Shown piece after piece: positions 37,111-45,935 of a stretch of DNA of 64,000 nucleotides. How positions within the stretch are numbered: position 1 is the first letter of the stretch; each line of letters opens with the position of its first letter. This DNA comes from Candidatus Aldehydirespirator sp. GTDB lineage: Bacteria; Actinomycetota; Acidimicrobiia; Acidimicrobiales; Aldehydirespiratoraceae. The notes below the pieces were generated by a model. That model ran no database searches. It saw only the letters and a list, made by a program, of their open reading frames with translations, and was not told the origin of the DNA. Location of the stretch: contig CBDCSK010000014.1 in assembly GCA_965221605.1 (NCBI GenBank), positions 241,776 through 305,775 on the forward strand, read 5' to 3'. The position numbers and the translations under genes are program-made.

Positions 37111-38316
37111 TCACACCGGCGCCTCGTCCTGTTCGGGGTAGAGGCCGGCGCGGCCCAGACGATCGAGGCACACCTCGACGCTCCAGGGGAGCATGGCGGC
37201 CCCGCAGCGGGCGTCGCGGTAGGCCTGCTCCAGATAGGACGGTCGCAGCATGCTGCGGCCACCGCACACCTGGAGGGCATCCGACGCCATCGCGGGCGCG
37301 CCCTCCATGACGGTGACCACCGAGGACCAGGCCCGCCGCACCTGCTCGGCGCTGGGGTCGATGCCGCACTCGGCCAGCACCCGGTAGGTGAGCGACTGGG
37401 CCCGGTCGTAGGTCAGGTTCATCTGGGCCCAGCCCTGCTGCTTGATGGGATGGTCCCGGCGGGCCGGTCCCCCGCCGCCGTCGCCCCGCAGGTAGGCGCC
37501 GGTGGCGTCGAGGATCCCCCGCATGAGCCCCAGGTAGGCGAACGACAGCGTCATGTAGAAGTAGGGCCAGCGGGTGGCGGCCTGATCGAAGGCGCCCGGC
37601 GGGAGCCACTCGTTGCCGGCCGGCACCAGGGCTCCGTCCATCACCAGGGTCCGGGAGTCAGTGCCCCGCATCCCGAGGGGATCCCAGTCCCCTTCGATGG
37701 CCGCGCCGTCGGCGTCGGCGGGCACCCCCATGAAGCGGATCCGGTCGTCGCCCGGTACCAGGCAGACGACGTTGTGGATGTCGGCCGCGCCCGACAGCGA
37801 GGCGAAGATCTTGCGACCCGACACCCGGTAGCCGCCGCCTCCATCGACGGGCACGGCCCGGGTGGAGTAGCCCGCGGTGGCCCCTGCAGCCGCTCCCTCC
37901 GAGAAGGGCTGGCTGTGGATCTTGCCGTCCTCGACGATGCCGCGCCGCAGCGCCGACCGGCGCTCGGCCAATAGCGACCGCTCGGCCGCGGTGAGGTCCA
38001 GGTCGTCGGCGATCTGGCCCACCAGGATGGTGGTGGCCGTGTGCATGTTGAAGGTGAGCGCGGTGGTGGCGCAGTGCCGTCCCAGCTCCTCGGCCACCAG
38101 CGCGTAGCCCACGAAGTCCCCACCGAGGCCGCCGTCGGAGGTGGGGATGCACAGCCCGAGCAGCCCTGCGTCCCGCAGGTCGGCCCAGTTCTGGGTGGGG
38201 AACGCGGCGTCGCGGTCGTAAATGTCGGCGCGCTCGGCGAAGAGCGGTCCCAGAGCGGCCATGCGCTCCACCAACTCGGCCCTCTCGGCGGTGAGGATCC
38301 CGTCGGTCGCTACCAC
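37111..38316 (-). CDS. Acyl-CoA dehydrogenase family protein
   Basis: YDRDAAFP, GGLG, SGRKIFAS, WDPLGMRGTDS, LEQAYRDAR; start GTG 38316. Confidence 0.88.
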   Translation of the reverse strand: MVATDGILTAERAELVERMAALGPLFAERADIYDRDAAFPTQNWADLRDAGLLGLCIPTSDGGLGGDFVGYALVAEELGRHCATTALTFNMHTATTILVGQIADDLDLTAAERSLLAERRSALRRGIVEDGKIHSQPFSEGAAAGATAGYSTRAVPVDGGGGYRVSGRKIFASLSGAADIHNVVCLVPGDDRIRFMGVPADADGAAIEGDWDPLGMRGTDSRTLVMDGALVPAGNEWLPPGAFDQAATRWPYFYMTLSFAYLGLMRGILDATGAYLRGDGGGGPARRDHPIKQQGWAQMNLTYDRAQSLTYRVLAECGIDPSAEQVRRAWSSVVTVMEGAPAMASDALQVCGGRSMLRPSYLEQAYRDARCGAAMLPWSVEVCLDRLGRAGLYPEQDEAPV

Positions 38317-38723
38317 GGAAGACCGAACCCCCGCTGCTCGAAGTCGGAGTCGAACGCCAATGCATAGCGGATGTCCTTCGCCCTCATGAGCTCGAACGAC
38401 GTCCAGTCGACCAACGAGACACCGCGATGACCGGATGCGAGCATCGCGGTCACGGCATGGCTGTGGAGTTCTTCGTCCACCCACTCCACGGTGAGCGCGC
38501 CGAGCAGCCCGTGGTGCAGTTCCTTGACCGCGTCCATGCCGAAGCGCCTCTGAACGAGCGCACTGGCCTCCACCACAACGCCGTAATGGGTCACGCCCCA
38601 GTACTCATCGGAACTGGCGCCTTCAAGGAGCCGGGACCATGCCGCTCGGGCTTCGGCGTGTCTGTTGTCGCCGCTGTCGAGGCCGGCGACGAGCGCTGAG
38701 GTGTCGACAAATATCGTCGTCAC
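38310..38723 (-). CDS. VapC PIN-domain toxin
   Basis: IFVDTSA, SLVDWTSF, LAFDSDF. Confidence 0.9.
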   Translation of the reverse strand: MTTIFVDTSALVAGLDSGDNRHAEARAAWSRLLEGASSDEYWGVTHYGVVVEASALVQRRFGMDAVKELHHGLLGALTVEWVDEELHSHAVTAMLASGHRGVSLVDWTSFELMRAKDIRYALAFDSDFEQRGFGLPW

Positions 38724-38959
38724 GCGGAGAAGGCATCCACAAGATGGGCGTCGTGGTCTTCGGCGAGGTTGCGGCAGCCCGACCGGTAGGCACCAAGAGC
38801 TGAGCGCGCCTGCTCGACGCGCGCGGCCAGCGACCTGCGGGCGAGGTACTCGTCCAGTGCATCCCGCACCAACGCCGCCTGAGAGACGCCCCTGTCGCTC
38901 GCCTCCGCCCGTAGACGTTCAGCCTGCTCGCTGGTTAGGGAGATCTGCGTTCTGACCAT
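38720..38959 (-). CDS. CopG/RHH antitoxin (VapB-like)
   Basis: MVRTQISLT...GVSQAALVRDALD, LAEDHDAHL; coupled to vapC. Confidence 0.88.
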   Translation of the reverse strand: MVRTQISLTSEQAERLRAEASDRGVSQAALVRDALDEYLARRSLAARVEQARSALGAYRSGCRNLAEDHDAHLVDAFSA

Positions 38960-39809
38960 CCGGTGATGATATCACTATGTGCCCATATGATGTAAACGAG
39001 TCGTTCGTCAGGAACGACCGCACAAGACGGTTCGCAAGCGCGGGTGCTTCCGAGACCGCCAGATGGCCCACGCCGTCGAGCACGACCAGTTCGGCGTCGG
39101 GCAGGCCCCCGGCGAGCGTGCGGGCGTAACTGGGCGGGGTCTCGGTGTCGAGCTCGCCCGCGATCACGAGCGCGGGGGCTCCGATCTCGCAGAGACGGTC
39201 GAGCAGGTTGTGCGTCGGCAGGCAGGCGACCGCGGCCCGCAGGCCCGCTTCAGGGATGCGAGCGAAGCCGGCCACCCGCATGGCCAGCGCATCGTCGGTG
39301 AGCGAGGGGCCCGCAATGGAGGTCAGCACTTGCGCGGCTATGTCGGCGGGAGTGAGTCCGGCGTCCAAGGGTGCCAGCCGGTCCGACCGCCAGGCATCGG
39401 GATCGGTGCCGTCGAGGCCGAACGCCGGGCTGGTGTTGGCCAGCACCAGCCGACCGACTCGATTGGGATGGCGCAGGGCGGTGTGCAGGGCGTGCATCCC
39501 GCCGAAGGACTCGCCCACCAGGTGGGCCCGCCGAACCCTGGCCACATCGAGCAGCCGGATCACCGCATCGGCGATGGCGGTTAACGTCAGCGGCTCCACC
39601 GGGGCGGATGCGCCGTAGCCGGGCATGTCCCATGCGATGCACCGGAACTCGCCGCCCAGACCGTTCAGTTGCGGCTCCCACGATGTCCGGCTGCCGCCCA
39701 GTCCGTGCAGGAACACCACCGGGTCACCGCGACCGTGTTCCCGCCACGCCAGCGGCCCGTCCACATCGGTAGCACCGGGTGCGACTCGGAGGGCGAATGG
39801 AGCGGGCAC
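38919..39809 (-). CDS. Alpha/beta fold hydrolase
   Basis: FLHGLGG, WDMPGYG, GESFGG, GELD, VGHL. Confidence 0.88.
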   Translation of the reverse strand: MPAPFALRVAPGATDVDGPLAWREHGRGDPVVFLHGLGGSRTSWEPQLNGLGGEFRCIAWDMPGYGASAPVEPLTLTAIADAVIRLLDVARVRRAHLVGESFGGMHALHTALRHPNRVGRLVLANTSPAFGLDGTDPDAWRSDRLAPLDAGLTPADIAAQVLTSIAGPSLTDDALAMRVAGFARIPEAGLRAAVACLPTHNLLDRLCEIGAPALVIAGELDTETPPSYARTLAGGLPDAELVVLDGVGHLAVSEAPALANRLVRSFLTNDSFTSYGHIVISSPDGQNADLPNQRAG

Positions 39810-39832
39810 GGCCGGAACCTACACTCTCACCC

Positions 39833-40543
39833 GTGGCAAACGCACCGCTCATCGGTATCACGGGCCGGACCAAGACCGCGGGCGAGCTCAACATGAAGCC
39901 CGAGACGTTTCGAGACTTGCACCTGGACGTGTACTACTGCGACTACGCCCGCGCGGTGATCGCGGCGGGAGGCTTGCCGGTTTTCCTTCCCGTTAGCGCG
40001 GACCCGGCCCGATATGCGGACCGCCTCGACGGCCTGCTGCTGAGCGGTGGGACCGACATCGAGCCGGAGCGCTACGGCCGGGCGCCCTGCCCCGAGCTGT
40101 ACACCCGCGAACCGGAACGCGACGCCTTCGAGCTGGCCCTGCTCGACGGCGCGGCCGACGCCGGGAAGCCCGTGCTCGGCATCTGCCGGGGCATCCAGGT
40201 GCTGAACGTGCACGGTGGGGGCACGCTGAACCAGCACATCGCCCCCCACGCCTGCCACGATCAGCCCCCCGACTCGATCGTCCACCGGGTCGATCTCGCC
40301 GAGGGGTCACTGGCGGCGTCGCTGTACGGTCCGTCGATCAAGGTCAACTCGCTGCACCACCAGACCATCGACGATCTGGCCGACGGCTACTCCGTGACGG
40401 GGCGCAGCGACGACGGCACCGTCGAGGTCATCGAGGCCCACCGCCGGCCGTGGCTGGGGGTGCAGTGGCATCCCGAACTGATGGACTCCCGCGACCGCGA
40501 CCCTGTCTTCGACTGGCTGGTGCAAACGGCCGCGACAGGCTGA
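39833..40543 (+). CDS. Gamma-glutamyl-gamma-aminobutyrate hydrolase family protein (PuuD-like, peptidase C26)
   Basis: PLIGIT, DGLLLSGGTD, RDAFE, GICRGIQ, VNSLHHQ, GVQWHPE. Confidence 0.9.
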   Translation: MANAPLIGITGRTKTAGELNMKPETFRDLHLDVYYCDYARAVIAAGGLPVFLPVSADPARYADRLDGLLLSGGTDIEPERYGRAPCPELYTREPERDAFELALLDGAADAGKPVLGICRGIQVLNVHGGGTLNQHIAPHACHDQPPDSIVHRVDLAEGSLAASLYGPSIKVNSLHHQTIDDLADGYSVTGRSDDGTVEVIEAHRRPWLGVQWHPELMDSRDRDPVFDWLVQTAATG

Positions 40544-40564
40544 GCAGGCCCTCGGACGCCGCCC

Positions 40565-40660
40565 GGGGGTTTCCCGCTCTTGTTCTCTGCGCTCACGGGC
40601 CGCTCGGGCCACGGCCTCGCCCGTATGGACGAGAGTCGGGCGCCTATTCGCTCGGCCTCT
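40565..40660 (-). repeat. ~97-bp dispersed repeat, copy 4
   Basis: Reverse complement aligns to 6783-6880; begins at the P450 stop codon. Confidence 0.9.
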
Positions 40661-42042
40661 CAGGAGGCGGCGCGCTCGACGTTGCCGCCGTAGCCGACGG
40701 TGCCGGACACGCCCGCCGCGGAGCCGAGGCGGTGCAGCGGCACGGTGTTGCGCGACGGCGAGGGCGTGTAGGCCACCGGCAGGCGCTTCACCCCGCCGAT
40801 GAAGTTGGATCTCAGGTAGTCGGGCTCGCCGTCTTGGCGGATGTCGGGCATCCGCCGGGCGATCTCCCGGAACATCAGGCGGATCTCCATGCGGGCCAGG
40901 CTGGCGCCCAGGCAGTAATGCGGGCCTCCGCCGCCGAAGCCGATGTGGTCGTTGGGGGTTCGCTCGATATCGAAGCGCCATGGGTCCTCGAAGGCCCGCG
41001 GGTCGCGGTTGGCGGCCACGTGCCACATGAGCACCTTGTCGCCCGCCGCGATCCTGACCCCGTCGATCTCGTGGTCGGTGAGGGCCTGGCGGCGGAAGTA
41101 CATCACCGGCGTGGCCCAGCGCACGATCTCCTCGACCGCGGTCTCCATGTAGCGGTCGGGATCCGACACGAACTTCGCCCACTGGTCCTCGAAGTCGAAG
41201 AAGGCCATCATCCCCCGGGTGATCGAGTTGCGGGTGGTCTCGTTGCCGGCCACGCACAACAGCAGGAAGAACATGTCGAACTCGAGCTCGCTGAGAGCCT
41301 GGCCGTCGATGTCGGCCGACAGCAGCGTGGTGACGATGTCGTCGGAGGGCGTGTCGCGACGATCCATCTGGAGCTGGTGGGAGTAGCCGAAGAGCTCGGC
41401 CGCGGCCTGGAGGATGTCGTCGCGGCTCTTGACGAACTCGGGGTCCTCGCCGCCGACCATGGCGTTGGTCCAGTCGAAGACCTTGGAGCGGTCCTCGACG
41501 GGGATGCCCATCATCTCGGCGATGGCCTGGAGTGGCAGCTCGGCCGAGATGTCCCGCACGAAGTCGCAGCGGCCCGCCTCCACCACCCGGTCGAGGATGA
41601 TGTCGGTGCGGTTCTGGAGGTAGTCCTCGAGCAGGTTGATCATGCGCGGGGTGAAGCCCCGGTTGACCAGCTTGCGATAGCGGGTGTGACGGGGCGGGTC
41701 CATATCGATCAGCGTGAGGTCGTTGGCGATGCCCGACGCCCACCTCCGCTGATCGGGATCGCGCATCTGGGTGCCGCTGTGGCCGGACGAGAACACGTCG
41801 GCCCGGCGGTTGACCTCCTTGAGGTGGGCCTGGCGGGTGATGGCCCAGTAGCCCGTGCCCTTGTCTCCCTCATCAACCCAGTGGATGCCGGGGTCGGTCT
41901 CGCGCAGCCGCTCCAGGGCCTCGTGATGGTCCTGGCGCTGGAACATGTCGAAGTCCCAGAAGTCAGCGTCCACGGCCGGACAGGAGTCCCCGTGGTTCAC
42001 CGGACAGGTCGCCATCTGTTCATCGACGATCGCCATGCTCAC
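40660..42042 (-). CDS. Cytochrome P450 (CYP125/CYP124-like)
   Basis: DPPRHTRYRKLVNRGFTPR, VAGNETTRN, EEIVRW, FGGGGPHYCLG. Confidence 0.95.
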   Translation of the reverse strand: MSMAIVDEQMATCPVNHGDSCPAVDADFWDFDMFQRQDHHEALERLRETDPGIHWVDEGDKGTGYWAITRQAHLKEVNRRADVFSSGHSGTQMRDPDQRRWASGIANDLTLIDMDPPRHTRYRKLVNRGFTPRMINLLEDYLQNRTDIILDRVVEAGRCDFVRDISAELPLQAIAEMMGIPVEDRSKVFDWTNAMVGGEDPEFVKSRDDILQAAAELFGYSHQLQMDRRDTPSDDIVTTLLSADIDGQALSELEFDMFFLLLCVAGNETTRNSITRGMMAFFDFEDQWAKFVSDPDRYMETAVEEIVRWATPVMYFRRQALTDHEIDGVRIAAGDKVLMWHVAANRDPRAFEDPWRFDIERTPNDHIGFGGGGPHYCLGASLARMEIRLMFREIARRMPDIRQDGEPDYLRSNFIGGVKRLPVAYTPSPSRNTVPLHRLGSAAGVSGTVGYGGNVERAAS

Positions 42043-42087
42043 ACCTCCGTCCGGCGGCCAGCGAACGGACTCGCCTTACCAAGTATC

Positions 42088-42134
42088 TATCTTCCTGTAT
42101 TTATCTTCCTGGGAAGATTACTTCCTGGGAAGAT
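42088..42134. promoter_or_regulatory. Tandem palindromic operators upstream of the P450
   Basis: ATCTTCC-TG-GGAAGAT (42103-42118), TACTTCC-TG-GGAAGAT (42119-42134) and half site TATCTTCCTG (42088-42097). Confidence 0.7.
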
Positions 42135-42195
42135 ACATCGCCGAGCGGCCAGCCGCAACTCTTGCCGGAGCAGACCTGAATCCGCGCGGGTGGGG

Positions 42196-43443
42196 TCAGC
42201 TGATGGGGCTGGAGGGGACGGTGGCCTGGGCGACGGAGGCCTCCACCACGGGCACCTCGTGGCGTTCCAGCGGGCGCATCCACTCCTTGCGAGCCAGAGC
42301 CTTCTCGATGTAGGGGGCCAGCTCTTCGGCCTTGGCCGCGTCGCGCTCCGAGCGTCCGGTCGTGAACTCGCCCAGCACGTCCGACCCGAACAGCCGCAGG
42401 CTGTCGCAGATGTCGCTGTGGCGGTTCCTGCCGCCCTGCTGGAGGAAGATCACGTGGTCGATGCCAGCGCTCTCGGTCTCCTTGAGCCAGCGTACGGCGT
42501 CGGCGGGCGTGCCGATGGTGTCGGCGTAGTCGTCGCCCGCGTCGAGCGCGGCGGCGACCGCGTCCTCGAGGGCCGAGCCCCTCTGCGCCTCGTAACGGTC
42601 CCAGATGTCGGAGTAGCCCGGGATGGTGTGATGCACCACCAGCTGGCGCAGCGCGTAGGCGAAGAAATGGAACCCGTCGAAGCCCCGGCGGATGGCTTCG
42701 GCCCGGTCCTCGTGCAGCGAGAAGCCGGTGACCACCGCGATGTTGGCGTTGACGCGGTGGCCGAGGGGCACGCACTCGTCGCTGCGGATGATGTCGTAGT
42801 AGAGGTCGGCCCAGTGACGAGCCTCGGCCGGGTCCACGAAGGCGAAGGCCAAGGCACCCAGGCCGAGGCGGGCGGCCAGCTCGATGGTGGTGCGGTTGGT
42901 GCAGGCGATCCACATGGGCGGATGGGGCTTCTGGACCGGCTTGGGAATCACGTCGCGGCACGGCATCGAGAAGAACTCGCCCTCGAAGCCGGGGTAGGGC
43001 GACATGGCCATCATGTTGGCCATCTGCTCACCCGCCTCGAGGCTCATGGCCCGCTTCTGCTTGGCCGGTATGCCGAACCCACCGAGCTCCAGGCGGGTGG
43101 CGCCCTCACCGATACCGAACTCGACCCTTCCGCCGGAGATCAGGTCCAGCGTGGCGACGCACTCGGCGGTGCGGGCCGGATGGTTGTAGGCGGGCGGCGC
43201 CTGGCGGATACCGTGGCCGAGGCGGATGCGCTTGGTGCGGGCCGCGCAGGCCGACAGGAAGACCTCCGGCGCGGAGCAGTGTGAATACTCCTCGAGGAAG
43301 TGGTGCTCGACCGCCCAGGCCACGTCGATGCCGACCTCGTCGGCCACCTCGACCTGCTCGATGGCCTCGGCCAGGAGGCGCTCCTCGGAGTCCGCGGCCC
43401 AGGGACGGGGCATCTGGAGTTCGTAGAAGACTCCGAATCGCAC
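42196..43443 (-). CDS. LLM class flavin-dependent oxidoreductase
   Basis: MRFGVFYE, AVEHHFLEEYSH, ATLDLISGGRVEFG, PKPVQKPHPP. Confidence 0.9.
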   Translation of the reverse strand: MRFGVFYELQMPRPWAADSEERLLAEAIEQVEVADEVGIDVAWAVEHHFLEEYSHCSAPEVFLSACAARTKRIRLGHGIRQAPPAYNHPARTAECVATLDLISGGRVEFGIGEGATRLELGGFGIPAKQKRAMSLEAGEQMANMMAMSPYPGFEGEFFSMPCRDVIPKPVQKPHPPMWIACTNRTTIELAARLGLGALAFAFVDPAEARHWADLYYDIIRSDECVPLGHRVNANIAVVTGFSLHEDRAEAIRRGFDGFHFFAYALRQLVVHHTIPGYSDIWDRYEAQRGSALEDAVAAALDAGDDYADTIGTPADAVRWLKETESAGIDHVIFLQQGGRNRHSDICDSLRLFGSDVLGEFTTGRSERDAAKAEELAPYIEKALARKEWMRPLERHEVPVVEASVAQATVPSSPIS

Positions 43444-43487
43444 GATGGCTCAACCTACCGGCGGCCTGAGAGGCCGAGCGGTCGGGC

Positions 43488-44387
43488 TCAGAACTCGAAG
43501 CCGGCCATGCCGAAGTAGCCGCTGGCCGCGGTCTTGTCGCTGCGGTACCGGTCCCACACCGGCACCCCGGCGGGCGGCTGCGGGTCGTCGCCCAGCACCG
43601 TGACCCGGTGCAGGATCCGGATGCCGTCGTCGGTGCCGATGTCGTCCACGATGGAGTGCAGCGTCACCCGCTCGTCCCACAGGGCCACATCGCCGGGCGA
43701 CCAGCGCCAGCGGCAGCTGAACTTGACCTGCTCCTGCCAGCGGTACAGGAATCCCAGCAGGGCCTGGCTCTCGGGTCGCGACAGCTGGGGGATGCGCCGC
43801 CCGTGCTGCTTGTTGACGTACAGGCTGCGGCGGCCGGTGCCGGGGTGGACCCGCACCACCGGGTGCTCGGCCCGCAGTGAGCCCTGCTTGCCGTCGTCGT
43901 GGACGCAGGTCAGCCCGGCCAGGAAGGCCTGCATGGGCTCCGACAGCGAATCGTGCACCTCGTAGCAGTTGGCCCACATGGTGTCGCCGCCCGCGGGCGG
44001 GCACTGCACCATGTGCAGCAGCGCGGCGATGGGCGGGTGCTCGCTGTAGGTGACGTCGGTGTGCCAGATGTCGGCTTTGGGGGTGGCCGACGTGTCGAGC
44101 ACGCACACCTCGGGGGTGTTCTCGTCGACCTTGTCGATGTAGGGGTGGACTTCCAGCTCTCCGAACAGCGCGCCGATGTCGCGCAGTTGCTTCACGCTGG
44201 GGTTCAGGCCCGGCAGGAACAGCACGAGGTGGGTGTCGAGGGCCTCGCGCAGCGCGGCCGCGGCGTGGGTGTCAAGACCGTCGGGATCGAGGCCCCTCAC
44301 CTCGGCCCCGAGCGCTCCCGCGATGGGATTGATGTCGAGATCGACAGCGGAATGAAGACCGGCCGACCGGGCTGGGGCGAGGGTCAT
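43488..44387 (-). CDS. TauD/TfdA family dioxygenase
   Basis: WHTDVT, GGDTMWA, HPVVRVHP, WSPGDVALWD...H...LHR. Confidence 0.92.
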   Translation of the reverse strand: MTLAPARSAGLHSAVDLDINPIAGALGAEVRGLDPDGLDTHAAAALREALDTHLVLFLPGLNPSVKQLRDIGALFGELEVHPYIDKVDENTPEVCVLDTSATPKADIWHTDVTYSEHPPIAALLHMVQCPPAGGDTMWANCYEVHDSLSEPMQAFLAGLTCVHDDGKQGSLRAEHPVVRVHPGTGRRSLYVNKQHGRRIPQLSRPESQALLGFLYRWQEQVKFSCRWRWSPGDVALWDERVTLHSIVDDIGTDDGIRILHRVTVLGDDPQPPAGVPVWDRYRSDKTAASGYFGMAGFEF

Positions 44388-44571
44388 GACGGTCAGGGTA
44401 CCGTCCGTGCTGCGCCCGAGCCGACCGGAGGACTCGCGAGCGAGCACGGGTCCCGAGGCCGAGCCGTCCGGAGCGAAGCGGTCGGGTTGGGACGGGGCGC
44501 TACCGTGGCAGGCGGCGGCCGACACCGGACCGCGGCGACGGGAGGACCTGAGACATGGCGGACCGGAGGCC

Positions 44572-45561
44572 ATGACCGCAACCATCGACGAATTGCTTGA
44601 GGCCAAGGGTCACGTCGTGGCCGACGGGGCCATGGGCACCCAGCTCTTCGCGGTCGGCCTGAGCGCCGGCGATCCGCCCGAGGCTTGGAACGTGCATCAC
44701 GCGGCTGAGGTCCGGGCGATCCACCGAGCCTACCTCCAGGCCGGAGCCGACCTGGTGATCACCAACAGCTTCGGGGGGACGGGCTTCCGCCTGGCCCTGC
44801 ACGACCTCCAGGACAGGGTGGCCGGGTTGAACGAGGCTGCGGCCCGCAACGCCCGCATCGAGGCCGACGCCGAGTCCGAGCGGACGGGCCGGACCGTGCT
44901 GGTGGCCGGCTCGATGGGGCCGAGCGGCGAGCTGCTCGAGCCGATGGGCAACATGTCGGTGGCCGCGTGCGAGGCCGCCTTCGCGGAGCAGGCCTCCGGC
45001 CTTGCTGCCGGCGGAGCTGACGTGCTGTGGATCGAGACCATGAGCGACCTCGACGAGGTGGAGGCGGCGGTGAGGGGGGCCCGCTCCGTGTGCGATCTGC
45101 CGGTGACCGCGACCATGAGCTTCGACACGGCCGGGCGCACCATGATGGGCGTGACCGGCACAGAGCTGGCCGAACGGCTGGGTGGGCTGGACCTGGCCGC
45201 GATGGGCGCCAACTGCGGCAACAACGTCGCCGACACCGAGGCCGCGGTGGCCGCGATCGCGGCTGCGGCGCCGGGCACGCCGGTGATCTCCAAGCCCAAC
45301 GCGGGCGTGCCGGTGTGGAGCGGCGACAACCTGGTCTACGACGGTACTCCCGAGGTGCTTGCCGCTCACGCCCACCGTGCCCGAGTCGCGGGCGTGACCG
45401 TCATCGGCAGCTGCTGCGGCAGCACCCCGGCCCACACCGCCAGGATCGCGGCCGTGCTGCGGGGTGACGAGCCCCCGCCCGACATCGAGGCGACCCCACC
45501 GGCGACCCCGCCCACCGAGGACCGCCTGGCCCGCCGCCGCACCCGCCGCCGCAACGGATGA
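44572..45561 (+). CDS. Homocysteine S-methyltransferase family protein (betaine-homocysteine type, stand-alone MetH Hcy domain)
   Basis: DGAMGT, TNSFG, GSMGP, IETM, GANCG, PNAG, GSCCG zinc motif. Confidence 0.88.
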   Translation: MTATIDELLEAKGHVVADGAMGTQLFAVGLSAGDPPEAWNVHHAAEVRAIHRAYLQAGADLVITNSFGGTGFRLALHDLQDRVAGLNEAAARNARIEADAESERTGRTVLVAGSMGPSGELLEPMGNMSVAACEAAFAEQASGLAAGGADVLWIETMSDLDEVEAAVRGARSVCDLPVTATMSFDTAGRTMMGVTGTELAERLGGLDLAAMGANCGNNVADTEAAVAAIAAAAPGTPVISKPNAGVPVWSGDNLVYDGTPEVLAAHAHRARVAGVTVIGSCCGSTPAHTARIAAVLRGDEPPPDIEATPPATPPTEDRLARRRTRRRNG

Positions 45562-45713
45562 CGCCGCCGCCCCACGGGGTGGCGGTGCTGCTTTGCGATG
45601 CTTCCGGCGACCCTCAACGGCTGCGGACAAGAGCGCAGTTCAAGGTGGCTTCGGCTGATCGCTTACTCAATCGCCGCGTTGGCCGGGTGAAGCACTCCGA
45701 GTAGCTTGACCGC

Positions 45714-45935
45714 GTGGACCCCGTGATCCTCGGGAGCGCCCGACGACACGGGATCACGGACCGAGCCATACTCCACGCCTACCGAAACCCTATGCGAAGA
45801 TTCGATCTTGGAAATCTCGACATGCTCGTCGGCCCCGACGAAACCGGGCGCTTCTTGGAGATCGCCGTGGCGAGCGCCGAAGGCCTTGATTTCGTTGTGC
45901 ACGCCATGCCAGCTCGCCGCAAGTTCCTAACGTGA
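45714..45935 (+). CDS. Small putative TA toxin (BrnT/RelE-like)
   Basis: SARRHGI...HAYRNP...GPDETGRFLEI...HAMPAR; coupled by GTGA to the next gene. Confidence 0.7.
   Translation: MDPVILGSARRHGITDRAILHAYRNPMRRFDLGNLDMLVGPDETGRFLEIAVASAEGLDFVVHAMPARRKFLT

Noticed and set aside
40450-43284. 944-aa plus-strand ORF and similar long ORFs (e.g. 3122-4615, 48461-50248, 32590-34188)
   Set aside because: They are antisense or off-frame shadows of well-supported genes, expected in high-GC DNA, with no recognisable motifs.
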